A DNA stretch of 64,000 nt from Mobula hypostoma. Its lineage: Eukaryota. The notes beneath the pieces are model-generated. The model was not told where the DNA came from and did not search any database. It saw only the letters and a list, made by a program, of their open reading frames with translations. Below are positions 23,580 through 35,108 of this stretch, piece by piece (position 1 is the first letter of the stretch; each line of letters opens with the position of its first letter). The position numbers and the translations under genes are program-made. The DNA lies in contig NC_086099.1 of assembly GCF_963921235.1 (NCBI RefSeq), forward strand, positions 126,294,001-126,358,000, given 5' to 3'.

Positions 23580-23770
23580 AACACAAGAGCTTCTGCAGAT
23601 GCCAAAAATCCAAAGCAACACGCACAAAATGCTGGAAGAACTCAGCAGGTCAGACAGCACCTATGCAAGTGAATAAACAGTCGACGTTTCAGCCTGAGAT
23701 CTTTCATCAGGACTGGAAAGGAAGTGAGAAAACACCAGAATGAAAAGGTAGAGTGAGAGGAAGGAGGATG
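23580..23770 (-). mobile_element. PLE-derived unit with hammerhead core (23679-23714)
   Basis: Minus strand AGTC-CTGATGA..GAAAC-GTC-GACT; stem II is mismatched. Confidence 0.75.
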
Positions 23771-23822
23771 GCTGTTTGGCTTGGGTGGGGTCACATATTA
23801 AAAAGAACTAGGTTGTAACTTC

Positions 23823-24038
23823 TGCCGGCTGGTGGCATAGTGGCATCAGGCCGGACTTCGGAGCGAAGGCCCCCGAGTTCAAATCCAGCCGGCTCCCTTG
23901 CACGTGTCCCATCCGTGCTGGGTTGAGTGTCGAGCTAGCAACTTGGCCTCGTAAAAGTAAGAAAGCCTGCTAAAAAAAACGCTGTCATGACGGTGTCCCG
24001 ATGACTCCACTCGGAGTTAAGGACTTCCTTCTTCTTTT
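23823..24038 (+). mobile_element. tRNA-derived SINE with RTE-type body
   Basis: A box TGGCATAGTGG, B box GAGTTCAAATCC, (CTT)n tail, possible TSD TTG(T/C)AACTT. Confidence 0.8.
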
Positions 24039-24376
24039 TGCAACTTTAGGTTGGGATTGGTTGCAGTTGGACTGGGGCTGTTTGGGTTATAATTTTAAAC
24101 CCAATTGTTTCATAGATCTACTGAAGGGAAATGAAGTTTCTTTTCAGACTGAGTTCTTTGATTAATGTTGTGTGGAGAGGCCTGTGATGTAGTTGATGCT
24201 ATGTTTTAGAAGCAGCTTCTTCCGCTCTGCCATCAGATTTTGTAACACTCCGTAAGTTCATTGGCACTACCTCACTATTCTCCCTCTGCACTTCTTATTT
24301 ACTCTAACTTATTGTATTTTTTTAATGGTTTTCACAGCACTGTTGCCACAAAACATCAAATTTCTAGAAATATAGT

Positions 24377-24536
24377 GGTCCCGGGTTTGAATCTGGCCTG
24401 CTTCTTACACGCTTTCTATCCGTGCTGGTTTAAGTGTCAAGTTAGTAACCCGGCCTTGTAAAAAAAAACAGAAACGGCAAAAGAAACAGCAAAGTTGCCA
24501 CCCGAAGCACCACAGGGGTGCAGAGGAACAACAACA
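24377..24536 (+). mobile_element. Related tRNA-SINE, 5'-truncated, with a different 3' tail
   Basis: Shares the B box and ATCCGTGCTGG..GGCCT(C/T)GTAAAA with 23823-24038; ends in (AAC)n. Confidence 0.65.
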
Positions 24537-24874
24537 TTTGTTCTGTGAGAAAAGGATTGGATTGGGCTTGTCTTGCTGTGTTTTGGGCAAAGGTATAAAA
24601 ATTTCCCCTTGGTGTTTGGTGTGAAAATTCTGTGGTTGTACAGCTACCGATGAGGAGTTCCTAAGCAAGACTCCCAGTTATGTACTCTATGCTCCTTCAA
24701 CATCATTAGAATTTCCCAAAATATTGTACAGCCACTGACATACTTTGAAGATGGTTTGTAGGTAAGTGGTCAAAGCCAAGCTGTGCAGAGTGAGATCTCA
24801 CAAACACCAGTGAGCACTTAATCCATATCTGTGAGTTTCAACAATCTGCACATCATCAACTTGATCAAGAACTG

Positions 24875-25491
24875 TAGTGCTGTGCAAAAGTCTTAGGCAT
24901 GCATATGTAGACTTTTGCACAGTGCTATAGTAATTTTATGTATTGCCCTGTACTTCATAATTAACTTCATAAAATTAGATAAAGAGTAGAAGAAATTGCT
25001 CCGTATTCTGTGGAAAATTTTACCAAGTTTGCCGGTTTATAATATCCTGTGTTGCTGCAAAAAAAATTGCAAATTTCGTGACGCATGTGAGTGATGATAA
25101 ACCTGATTCTGATATAGGTCTCTGTTGTGGACTGAGAGTGGGAAGGGGGCAGGGAGAGGGGAATCACTGTTGGGAAAAGGGGAAAGGAGAGGGGAGGGAG
25201 TGGGAAGCACCAGAGAGACATTCTGCAATGATCAATAACCAATTGTTTGGAATCAAATGACCTACCCTGGTGTCTCAGGGCTGGCTGTGTCTGCACCCTT
25301 GCCACCCCCTGCCTCTGGCGTTCCTTCTCTGCCACCTGTCCCGTACCACTCTCGCGGTGCTCCACCCTCACCATTACCAACATCCTTTGCTCCTGTTTAG
25401 ATTTAGAAACTGGCTCTCTGCTCCATGTTGACAAACACAGTATTGTGTAAAAGTGTTAGGCACACTTACCTTAGACCTCTGCACAGGACTG
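24875..25491 (+). mobile_element. Composite Tc1-type non-autonomous element (copy 1)
   Basis: CAGTACTGTGCAAAAGTCTTAGGCA-type TIR hairpins at both ends; core homologous to 59455-60006. Confidence 0.8.
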
Positions 25492-26364
25492 TACATGAAG
25501 TGCTACGAACCTTGACGGCTGCCATTTCCAAAGTACTTGCATTCTGCTTGCCTGCTACTCCTGTCATGGGTTTTGCCTTGGGCTGAGGTTTGGCCAACAA
25601 CAACACTGATCTCCAAAGTTTTTTTAAACAACAGCAACCCATCTGTGCAAAATTCCATCTGGCAACAGCTTAATGCTAGTTCCTCCACATCTGGTTCAAT
25701 ATTCGATGAAGAAGGATGTTCTCATGACGCAATTCTTAGCAACCCTGTTGCAGTAACTGTAAAGTTTGGGCAAGACCCATTGTATTTTGGATAGGATTTG
25801 ATGGGGAGAAGCGAAGCTGGTGTGGGTAGTGGAAGCAACATCTGGACGTGCAAATAGAATTAAAGTCAGCTCTGTTAGGTATTACTGGTGCCAGAGAAAG
25901 ACATTTTCTGGATAGGACACAGCCCCAGTCAGAAAATCCTGGAGGAAAAGGGGCTCCTGAGTTGGGCATGAGATATTCTTACTGCAAGTCTTGGTCATCA
26001 GAGATTTAAGAAATTACTTAACTATGGACTGTGTGGTCAATGGCATAATTGGTTTCCTGCTGACAGGTCACACTGGTTGTCAGAGCTAGGAGCTGAGAGG
26101 TAGAAAAGCAGATCCAATCTACTGTAAAGGAGCATTGACACTATTTTAATGGAGGCAGGATATTTGACCACCACAGGCAAACTGGCAAACTTGGTAAAAT
26201 CTTTGCGCAGAATACGGAGCAATTTCTTCTATTCTTTATTTAATTTGATGAAGTTAATTATTTGAAGATTCTTTCAGAGGTGAAATGCTGATGTTTGACC
26301 CTTGATCAAAAGGTTCCTGATAGAACTTATATTTTCAGCCTTTCCCAATTTTTACTTTTGATGC

Positions 26365-26550
26365 CGTGGAAAATAGCCGGAATGGTTCAAGCTGACAGGA
26401 AGGTGACAGTAACTCAGATAACCACACGTTACAACTGTGGTGTGCAGAAGAGCATCTTTGAACACACAACACGTTGAACCTCAAAGTGGATAGGTTACAG
26501 CAGCAGAAGACCTGAGCATACAGAAATACACTCAGTGGCCACTTTATTTT
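26365..26550 (+). mobile_element. Tc1 fragment
   Basis: VQADRKVTVTQITTRYNCGVQKSI; homologous to 28100-28270. Confidence 0.75.
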
Positions 26551-26649
26551 TTATCTCCTATTAGTTAACTCCTTGGCTATTTGATTTTTTACTTTCCTTC
26601 CATGATCTGCAATTTTACAAGCTGTAAGTTTTTGACACTGTCAGACAGC

Positions 26650-27200
26650 AAGTTCTTCTGGAAGTGCTTCAAGACCTTGACATAGATGGGAAAGATATAC
26701 GTTTCTTATACTGGGACCTGACAGCATCCATCGGAATAGAAGAAGTGAGTGAGTATGAGAATACCATGAGAGGAGCCAGGCAAGGATGTGTCTTTTCACT
26801 GGACTTATTCAACCTGTATAGTGAAAATATCTTGAGAAGTATCTAAGACATCAAAGGATTCACAATTGGAGACCATTATATATATAACATCAGATATGCT
26901 GATGACATCGTACTAATAGCTGACTCAGAAACAAAAATTCAAGAACTACTCACTATAGTGGCAGCAGAAAGTAATCGCAGAGGCCTCTCAATCAACATCA
27001 AGAAGACAGAAAGCATTGTTATCTCCAGAAAGACAAACATCCCACAATGTGTGATCAAGATCAGAAATACAAACATCAAACAAGCCAACAAATTCAGACA
27101 TCTTGAAATGGAAGTCATGCAAAAAATGAAGGATAGATCTATATGGAAAACCATGGTCACCAAAGTCTGCATCAGATATGGTACCTAGACAGACAGACAG
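26650..27200 (+). mobile_element. RTE (BovB-like) LINE fragment with internal deletion
   Basis: GARQGCVFSLDLFNLYSE, NIRYADDIVLIA, GLSINIKKT; joins directly to the 3' end with (AGAC)n tail. Confidence 0.8.
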
Positions 27201-27755
27201 TAGGTTTAATGGAAATAAAGATGGTCATTCTTCAAAATTGTTTTTGTGCTCCAGACATTCCTTTCTCAATGTACCACTGGTACAAGCCAGACTGGAATCT
27301 GTCAATAGCCAGGAGCAGAGCAGGACCCAGCTGTATGTACTGTTTGCATTCTGTCAGAGAAAGCAGTCTTTTAATAAGATTGGTTTCACTTTTATGACTC
27401 GGTTACCTTTGGCTATTTGTGTACTGTAGACTCGGCTTTTGCTTTAGCTTTGATCATAACCCAGCTGCTCTGTGTGTTTCTTAATTCATGGAACAACAGA
27501 CACCCTCATGATTTCAATGATTTGAGTTCATGTTGAGTAAAGTAGAAAGGCCTTTGCACAGTTCCTCCAGTTTATGTACATACAAGTGAATGTTTGGGAG
27601 AAGGGTGGATGGATTTTCCAGCCAAGTAGAGCTGCAGTCATCTTCCTCTGTGTGGGGATTAATATTCCTGACTTTCAAACTGTTTGGGTTACCCAATGAA
27701 AGGCAGGGCTTGGGAAGTGTTGTTGAACAAAGAGACTTTGAATTACAGGTACATA

Positions 27756-28308
27756 GACTCAGTGGCTGCTTTATTAGGTTTATCTACTTGGTAATACATA
27801 ATCTAATCAGCCAATCGTGTGGCAGCAACTCAATACATAAAAGAACACAGGCATGGTCAAGAGGCTCAGTTGCTGTTCAGACCAGACATCAGAATTCGGA
27901 AGAAATGTGATCTAAGTGATTTTGCCTGTGGAATGATTGTTGATGCTGGACGGGATGGTTTGAGTATGTCAGAAACTACTGATCTTCTGGGATTTTCACA
28001 CATAACAGTCTCTACAGTTTACAGAGAACGGTGCAAAAAAAAACTTCCAGTGAGCACCAGTTCTGGGGGTGAAAATACTTTGTTGAAAGAGAGAGGTCAG
28101 AGGAAAATAGGCAGACTGGTTCAATCCAATAGGAAGGCGACAATAACTCAAATAACCATGTGTTGCGATAGTGGTGTGCAGGAGAGCATCTCTGAACACA
28201 AAACATGTCGAACCTTGAAGAGGATAGGCTACAGCAGCAGAAGGCCTGAGCATAAAGAGGCCACTTTATTAGTTGCCTTCTATTCCCAGTAACGTGGTCA
28301 CTTGAGTG
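27756..28308 (+). mobile_element. Tc1 DNA transposon, internally deleted (N-terminal HTH region)
   Basis: TIRs (C/G)ACTCAGTGG..TTTATTAG, TA on both sides; KKCDLSDF..GMIV..GLSMSETTDLLGFSH.TVS.VYRE. Confidence 0.85.
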
Positions 28309-28880
28309 TATGTTCCTGAAAGTGGCTACACAAGTAGGCAGGGCAGTGAGGATGGAGCTTGGTGTGTATGCTTTCATTGAGTATGAGTTGGGATGTCACA
28401 TTACAACTGTCCAAAACGTTGTTAGGCTGTACCTGGAGTACTGCGTTCCGTTCTCGTCAGCGCACAATGGGAAGAATGTGATGAAGCGAGAGAGCGGAGA
28501 AGAGATTCACGATGATACTGGCAGGACTGAAGGGTTTGGGTTGTAAGGAGAGGTTGGACAGCTGGGTTCGTGTTCCCTGGAGCCGAGCAGGCTGAGTGTT
28601 AACATGACAGAGGCATATAAAATTATGAGAGGCAAAGGTAGTCAGGATTTATTTCCCATGGTAGGGAAATCTAAAACTAGAGGTGAGAGGGAGAAAGTTT
28701 AGAGGGGTTCTGAAGGGTAAATTTTTCACACAAAGGGTGGTCGGTATCTAGAATGAGCTGTCAGAGAAGGTTGTGGAGGCAGGAACAGCTACCATCCAGG
28801 AAGCACCTGGATGGTTAAAGTGAAAGAGCAAGGAACAGAAGAACATAGAATTAATGTAGGCAAATGGAACTGGTATAAAT

Positions 28881-28960
28881 TAGGGGTTCCCATCCTTTTT
28901 TATGGCATGGAACAATATCACCAAGCAAGAGGTCCTTGGACCCCAGTTTGGGAACCCCTG
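28881..28960. mobile_element. 80-bp hAT (Charlie-like) MITE
   Basis: TIRs TAGGGGTTCCCA / TGGGAACCCCTG; 8-bp TSD GTATAAAT / GTATAGAT. Confidence 0.85.
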
Positions 28961-29239
28961 GTATAGATGGACATGATGGTTGCATGGATGTAGTGGGTCA
29001 AAGAGCCTACTTAATGGCTCCATAACTCAATGACTGTAAACTGTGGGGACGTCCCATGGATAATGAACAAAATAAAGGTTAAAAACTACCTGTTAAACAC
29101 TTGTGTGCGGTGATGTTTGAAAACTGGCCGTTTACTACCCTGTTCCCATACTGCACAGTGCAGGAATCTCACTTCAACCTCATGCGAGAACAGGCATGCA
29201 ACGTTTTCCATGCGTGGAGTGCACAGATCTTACACCACT

Positions 29240-29706
29240 TGTCAGAATGCTCCGATATGGCCCTAGCACAGAGAGAGAAACACTGAAATGGGCCAACAGT
29301 TCACTGACTTTAATGAGAGCTGATGCAGAATTTAAAGGAAAAGAAAACCAATAAACGCTAGGCCAACAGGGCCGTTAACTAAAACCCTCAGACTGAAAGT
29401 TAAATGCCAACTCTGTGGCTGGAAGCAATAAATAAATATTAAATGAATACAGCTGTTTTCCAGTGTCTGCCGAAAAGGTAGTCCTCTTTCCCAAACAAGG
29501 ACAAGGGTAAGCAGGGAGTGTAAATGTTGCTGTGCTTTTGGTCAAGTCTTGACATGACTAGAACAATAAGAAAGGAATTAAGTACCACCATAATGAAAGA
29601 GTAATTAGCTGGAATGTGAGTACTAATGCACACGATTGCCGAACCTGTTCTGCAGCTCGCCTACCGGGGGCACATAAGCCCTGTAGCGGAGTCCATGCTT
29701 GTTACA
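29240..29706 (-). mobile_element. Candidate solo LTR
   Basis: TGT...ACA termini with a near 5-bp TSD (CCACT/CTACT); ATTAAA on the minus strand near the left end. Confidence 0.55.
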
Positions 29707-30472
29707 CTACTGTTCTAGATGATCTTGAACTACATTTTGTAAAATGATTCTGATTTTCTTTCCAGTAAGTTTTTTTTTCAGTACTTGGAGTTCAAAACCA
29801 ACCCATATCATTCAGATGAGCAGAACTTCAGTAAGTCAGATCTGAGTAGTGTGGGGACATGGTGACAAAAATTCCTCTGTTAATATAAGGCTGCAGAAAT
29901 TAGAACCAGAGTGGCAACAGAGTGGTAAGAAATTTAGCCCATAGCCTCTTGTGTGATGCACCTGGTAGCCTGACAGTGCTGTATGCTGGCAAACTACATG
30001 GTTAAAGAGTGAGGCGGTGCTGCATTAATAACACTTTACACACACGAGTAAGATGAACTGTTGTGCCCCAAATCGTTTTTATCAGCTCAATGAGTGGAAC
30101 AGTTCTAATGATAGAGATTACTCACTCACATGACACTTTGACAAGAGAGTGAGGGTTGGCTGACAAAACAATGGCAAGCTCCATCAGCGAGTGATTTAGC
30201 AGAATTACAAATTATAGCAATAGCAGAGCGAGCATCTCACCGAGGAATCAATCAGCAGTTTAAACCTCTGTTCTATCTTTAGAGTGCCTGCTTTCAGAGA
30301 GTCATAGAACATAAACAAAGGAACAGTCCCTTCAAACCACCATGTTCTTGACATCTGAGATGCCAATCTGACTAATCTCATCTGCCAACACACGGTGTGG
30401 ATCTCTCTGTTCTCTGCTTGTTCATGTATCATACAGGAGGAGAACAGGCTCTTTGGCTTGACTAGACTGCGC

Positions 30473-30852
30473 TGGGTGGTAAGATCGAGATACATCTCTA
30501 CTGAAGGAGGTGTAAGGCACTCCTTTCTCCTGCTAGCCTGCAGGTCACCCTTGGACAAGATGTAGCACCTGCTTAGCTCCTCAATCAGGATAACGTGAGG
30601 CCATGGGAGCAGGTGGTGGATGGTCGTATGAGCAACGGTTGCAGATCACAGGTCCTGGTTATGCACCTACTGTTGCCAGGCAGACAATATCTGCAGATAA
30701 TTGATAATGTCTGGGGTCACCCGTCTTGTAAAGACACTGTCCAGAAGAAGGCAATGGCAAACCACTTGTGTAGAAAAGTTTGTGAAGAGCAATCATGGCC
30801 ATAGACCATGATCGCCAATGTCACATGACACGGCACACCGTGATGATGATGA
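30473..30852 (+). mobile_element. RTE-related (Bov-A-like) SINE, full length
   Basis: CAGAAGAAGGCAATGGCAAACCAC motif; (GAT)n tail; six copies in the window. Confidence 0.8.
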
Positions 30853-30889
30853 GATTGCGCTATCAAATGTACATTTTTACACTAATTCT

Positions 30890-31125
30890 ACTTAACCATT
30901 TTATTCCCCCCACATTCCCATCCCAATCCCATGTTCTAGCACTTCTCCACACACCAGAGGAAATTTACAGTAGCCAGTTAACCCAACAAACCACAGGTTT
31001 TTGAGATGTAGGAGGCAATCAGGATACCCAGAGGAAGGCAATGTGGTGACAGGGAGAATTAGACAGACGACATCAGCATCCAGAATTGAATCTGGATCAC
31101 TGGAACTGTCAGGCAACAGCTGTAC
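30890..31125 (-). mobile_element. Degenerate V-SINE
   Basis: Similar to 34110-34345. Confidence 0.5.
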
Positions 31126-32832
31126 TGCTTTGCCTACATGTTTCTAGTCCTTATCTGGCTTGTGCCTGATATCTCAAGTAGAGGATTACAGTCCTAGTAG
31201 CACTGCTATGTTAGAGAGTGTGGGTCTAGATGGGACATCTTTCTTGGGTGATGGGCACCTGAGCTGAGACACTTCCCACTCCACAAGAATCCAAGGGAAA
31301 AAAATTACCTAGTGTCCATTCTCATGTAAAATTAACTTCCAGGTTGAGCATCAGTGGAGTTTGGATCCTTTAAGGTTCAGGAGAAGGCTTTCTTACCTGG
31401 TTAGTTTGCATAGCTATGTTATACTTTGCAAGAATGACGGCAACCATACATGGCACTTGTCACCGCCCACAGGCTCCTAACTGTGTCTGTACACAAGGGT
31501 ATCATATACACTGGGCAACAATTAAATATCCATATTTACTTTGTGCATATAAAGTGTATATGTCAGGTAAGGTGATTAGTTTTTAAATGATACTCTGGGA
31601 TGTTTCAGATAAGATATTGCAGAGTGCAGTACAGTTCCCTGCAGTCTGTTCAGGCATCGGCTTTTCAATGTCCCTTCCTCATGGTGCATTTCTTCCTGCA
31701 CCAATTGGAAAGAAAACGTTCTCCTCATGACCTAATGGTTGATTTCCAGCAGCTAGAGGGGATTTATTCTTTATTCCATTAAGTTAACATAGCTAATAAT
31801 TAGAAGTGATTATTGTTTTCTTTTAAAAGTACTCTTGTTTATTGGCACTATTCTTCAACTCAGTGTCCTGGAAATAATTTCTGGAAACTGCCATGAGGGG
31901 ACTTCATGATTTTCTTCAATTTAGGTTGAATGAAAGATCAGACTGCCTCTACATGACAGGCAGACTGGGCTTCATTTAATGTCTCACTAAATAAATTGCC
32001 ACAGGCACTTCACTCTCACACTGCATCTTGAACGTGGATCCTTTTGCACAAGGTTCAGGAGTGCGACTTACAGAAAAGCAGGATAAGGCGTACCATTATG
32101 AATTGGGAAGTCTGAGTTGCAGGTGAAATATTTTTGCCTCTCATATTTCTGAAGTTTTTTAACATCAAAACCAACTTGATTCACTATTAAAATTATTTAC
32201 AATAATGAACCGAGTGAGCCTTTTCATTCTTACATTCATGGTCAATGCTTTCAGTGCTGTTCTATCACATTTCTACACACCAGCAGCACTGCTGACTCTC
32301 ATGTGGCCCTCTGGTAAGAACAAAGAAAAAAAATTTACAAGAATAAACAACTTACTTTTGCAGTTAATATTTTGTGAACTGCTCTATTGTGTTTCTACTC
32401 CCCAACAACACTGCTGCCACTTACGCGATCCCCTGGGGTGGTATCCTGCTATAACCATTGAGGGACTTCCTCATCCAACTCCAGCCCCTCTCTCTCCAGT
32501 AGCAGAAGAAACCTATCTTTGCAAATTATCAAAGAAACTGTAGCTATCTTAAAACCAGACTACAATTGGCTTTATTTCTACTTGGAAGCTACTTTGTGGC
32601 TTTCCATCTGAATTGCAGTAGGGAAATGATACGTTATGGAGGAGGTTGGGAGGAAATGGTTGATTCTGGGTGCCCAATGTCTGAGGATGTAGTTCCCAGT
32701 GAGTGAATTCTGAAAGCTTGTCTGTCTTAGCGGTTCCTGTGTTATATCCAATTACCACTTTGCAATGCAACTAGGCAGACAAAAAAGTGTGTCTTCATCA
32801 TCAAGGCTTAAAATGTTACTGGTGGTCGCTAA

Positions 32833-33210
32833 TGGGTGGCAGGGTGGAGATACATCTCTACTGAAGGAGCTGTAAGGAGCTCCTTTCCTCCACTCACTTG
32901 CTGGTGCCCCTTGGGTAAGGTGTAGCACCTGATTAGACACCAGTCAGGGTCATGTAAAGCCATGGGAGCAGGTGGTGGATGGTTGTATGAGCAGCTGGTG
33001 CATATCACAAGCCCTGGTTATGCAACCACTGATGCCAGGCAGGCAATCTCTGAAGAGTATTGATAATGGCTGGAGGCCCCATCTTGTAAAGACACTGTAC
33101 AGAAGAAAGCAATGGCGTACCAATTCTGTAGAAAAATTTGCCAAGAACAATCATGGTCATGGGACCATGATCGCCCACATCATACTACATGGCACCTAAT
33201 GATGACGATG
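32833..33210 (+). mobile_element. RTE-related (Bov-A-like) SINE, full length
   Basis: Homologous to 30473-30852. Confidence 0.8.
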
Positions 33211-34109
33211 CTGGTTACTAAGCAACATTGATTCATCTGGGCTTACAGTGGTGAAGCTTCAATTATCCCAAATCTCCAATATCAACTGCCCCTAACTCAA
33301 CATAGGAACCAACTAATTTCCTTTGCCCTTCTCCACATTACAGGACCTCTGCTGTGCTTATGTCAATGAGATGTGACCTCTCAATAGGAGAAGCATTATG
33401 CTTAACATCACTGTACCCAGCTTTGGAAGTTAAAGCCTGCGATCCCAGAGCTGAGGCTCGGCCAGCCCATTTCCTGTGTGAGATAAGCTTCTGAATACAC
33501 AGGGTCCCTGAAGTCAAACACAGCCGATCTGCTACGGGGGAATGGGAAGCAGCAGGAACTCATCCGCGAGCAGTCCCACTGCTTTGTGTTATCACACTCC
33601 TCTCACTGAGTTTCACTCCTAACGCGAAGCCTGCCCTGACGGCAGCAGGAACCGTGTCAAAACATCACATTTCAGCATAGTGCCTGAAGTCAAAGACTTA
33701 ATTGTTCACTAAACAATCCTGCCATAGTCTGGGGAACACTGTTTCACTATTAATGGCACAGAGAAGTGTATTGTGAAGTCTATTTATTCAATTTTACTCA
33801 AGGGGAACATTGACTGAGCTGCAATGAAGGTATTGATCACTCATAACAACTGGAATATGTACCTTAAGTAATGATGGGGGGAAGTTCCCCTTGTACAGCT
33901 ACTTATCATATCCACGTCTTCACAGTTATTACATCTTCCCCACTCACCCCGCTCTTCAGTTTCACTGTGACCTGGGAAAGAAATTAGAACAGTCAGATGG
34001 TATTCCAGCACACTGCTGTTGTGTCCTCCATTATTTGTTATCCATGGAAGGCTGTCCTCTCTTATATGAAGTGCTTCTTCCACCGCATTGCACAGCTGAG
34101 GATATATTT

Positions 34110-34345
34110 TATTAATTCATCTTGAAATAGTCCCTTCTGGCCCTTCGAGCCACACTGCCCAGTAATTCCCCTGATTTAATCCCAGCCTAGTCATGGGACA
34201 ATTTACAATGACCCATTAACTTATCAACCTGTATGCCTTTGGACTGTGGGAGGAAACTGGAGCACCTGGAGGAAACCCAAGCGGTCACGGGGAGAACATT
34301 TAAACTCCAGTGGGAATTGAACCTGGGTTGCCTGCACTGTAAGTT
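34110..34345 (-). mobile_element. V-SINE
   Basis: Reverse-complement V-domain TTTGGACTGTGGGAGGAAACTGGAGCACCTGGAGGAAACCC and B box GGGAATTGAACC. Confidence 0.8.
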
Positions 34346-34487
34346 ACGTGAGTGTGCCATCCACAGTACTAAGTGCTTTTTCCATCATGTTGCATAGCGT
34401 AAGATATAGGGTAGGTTATATCATTGGATGGACCATCTTTGATCATTCTTCTTTGCAATTTATATTGCTTCTCCATCTTCTATTGAT

Positions 34488-35108
34488 TTTAGATTATGAG
34501 GGCATGCAGTCCTCTTTTATTGTCATTTAGTAATGCATGCATTAAGAAATGATGCAATATTCCTCCGGTGTGATATCAGAAAACACAGGACAGAGCAAGA
34601 CTGAAAAAACTAACAAAACCACATAATTATAACATATAATTACAACAGTGCAACAATACCATAACTTGATGAAGAACAGTCCACGGCACAGTAAAAGAGT
34701 TCAAAGTCTCTTGAATGTCCCACATCTCATGCAGACGGGAGAAGGAAGAAAACTCTCCCTGCCATGCTCGACCACAGTCCAACTCTGAGTCGTCCGAAAA
34801 CTTCAAGCCTCTGATCAGCCCTCCGACACCAAGTACCGAGCACCATCTCTATCCGAACGATTCGACCTCAATCTCGGTTGCCAGCAGCAGGCAAAGCCGG
34901 GGATTTTGAGGCCTTCCCTCGGAAAGATTCTCAATCGCTCAGTAACAGTGGCAGCGAACCGGCTTTTCAGGAATTTCTCCAGATGTTTCTCTGTGCTTTC
35001 ACGTCTGTCTCCACCAAATCAGAATTGTCCACGGCCCCTATTTAACGGATAAGATATCATTTTCACTGGAGAGCTGCGCCCGCGCGGCGCGCTGCTATCG
35101 CCTCCTCC
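34488..35108 (-). mobile_element. ~620-bp non-coding retroposon (copy 2)
   Basis: Colinear with 9736-10367. Confidence 0.8.

Larger units (their letters stand above)
27697..29035 (+). mobile_element. Old CR1 3' fragment hosting Tc1 and hAT insertions
   Basis: VVEQRDF..QVH / FLKVATQV..VRLYLEYCV remnants are continuous across the insertions. Confidence 0.75.

Noticed and set aside
23823-23895. tRNA gene
   Set aside because: A and B boxes are present, but the sequence continues into a SINE body and tail, so it is a SINE head
25500-26260. Possible host coding exon or pseudogene in unique DNA
   Set aside because: Only short ORFs with no recognisable domain, and no convincing splice-site pair
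24953-26267. 1.3-kb DNA transposon bounded by ~95-bp TIRs
   Set aside because: The interrupted composite element continues inside the interval and no TSD is seen; a templated insertion is more parsimonious
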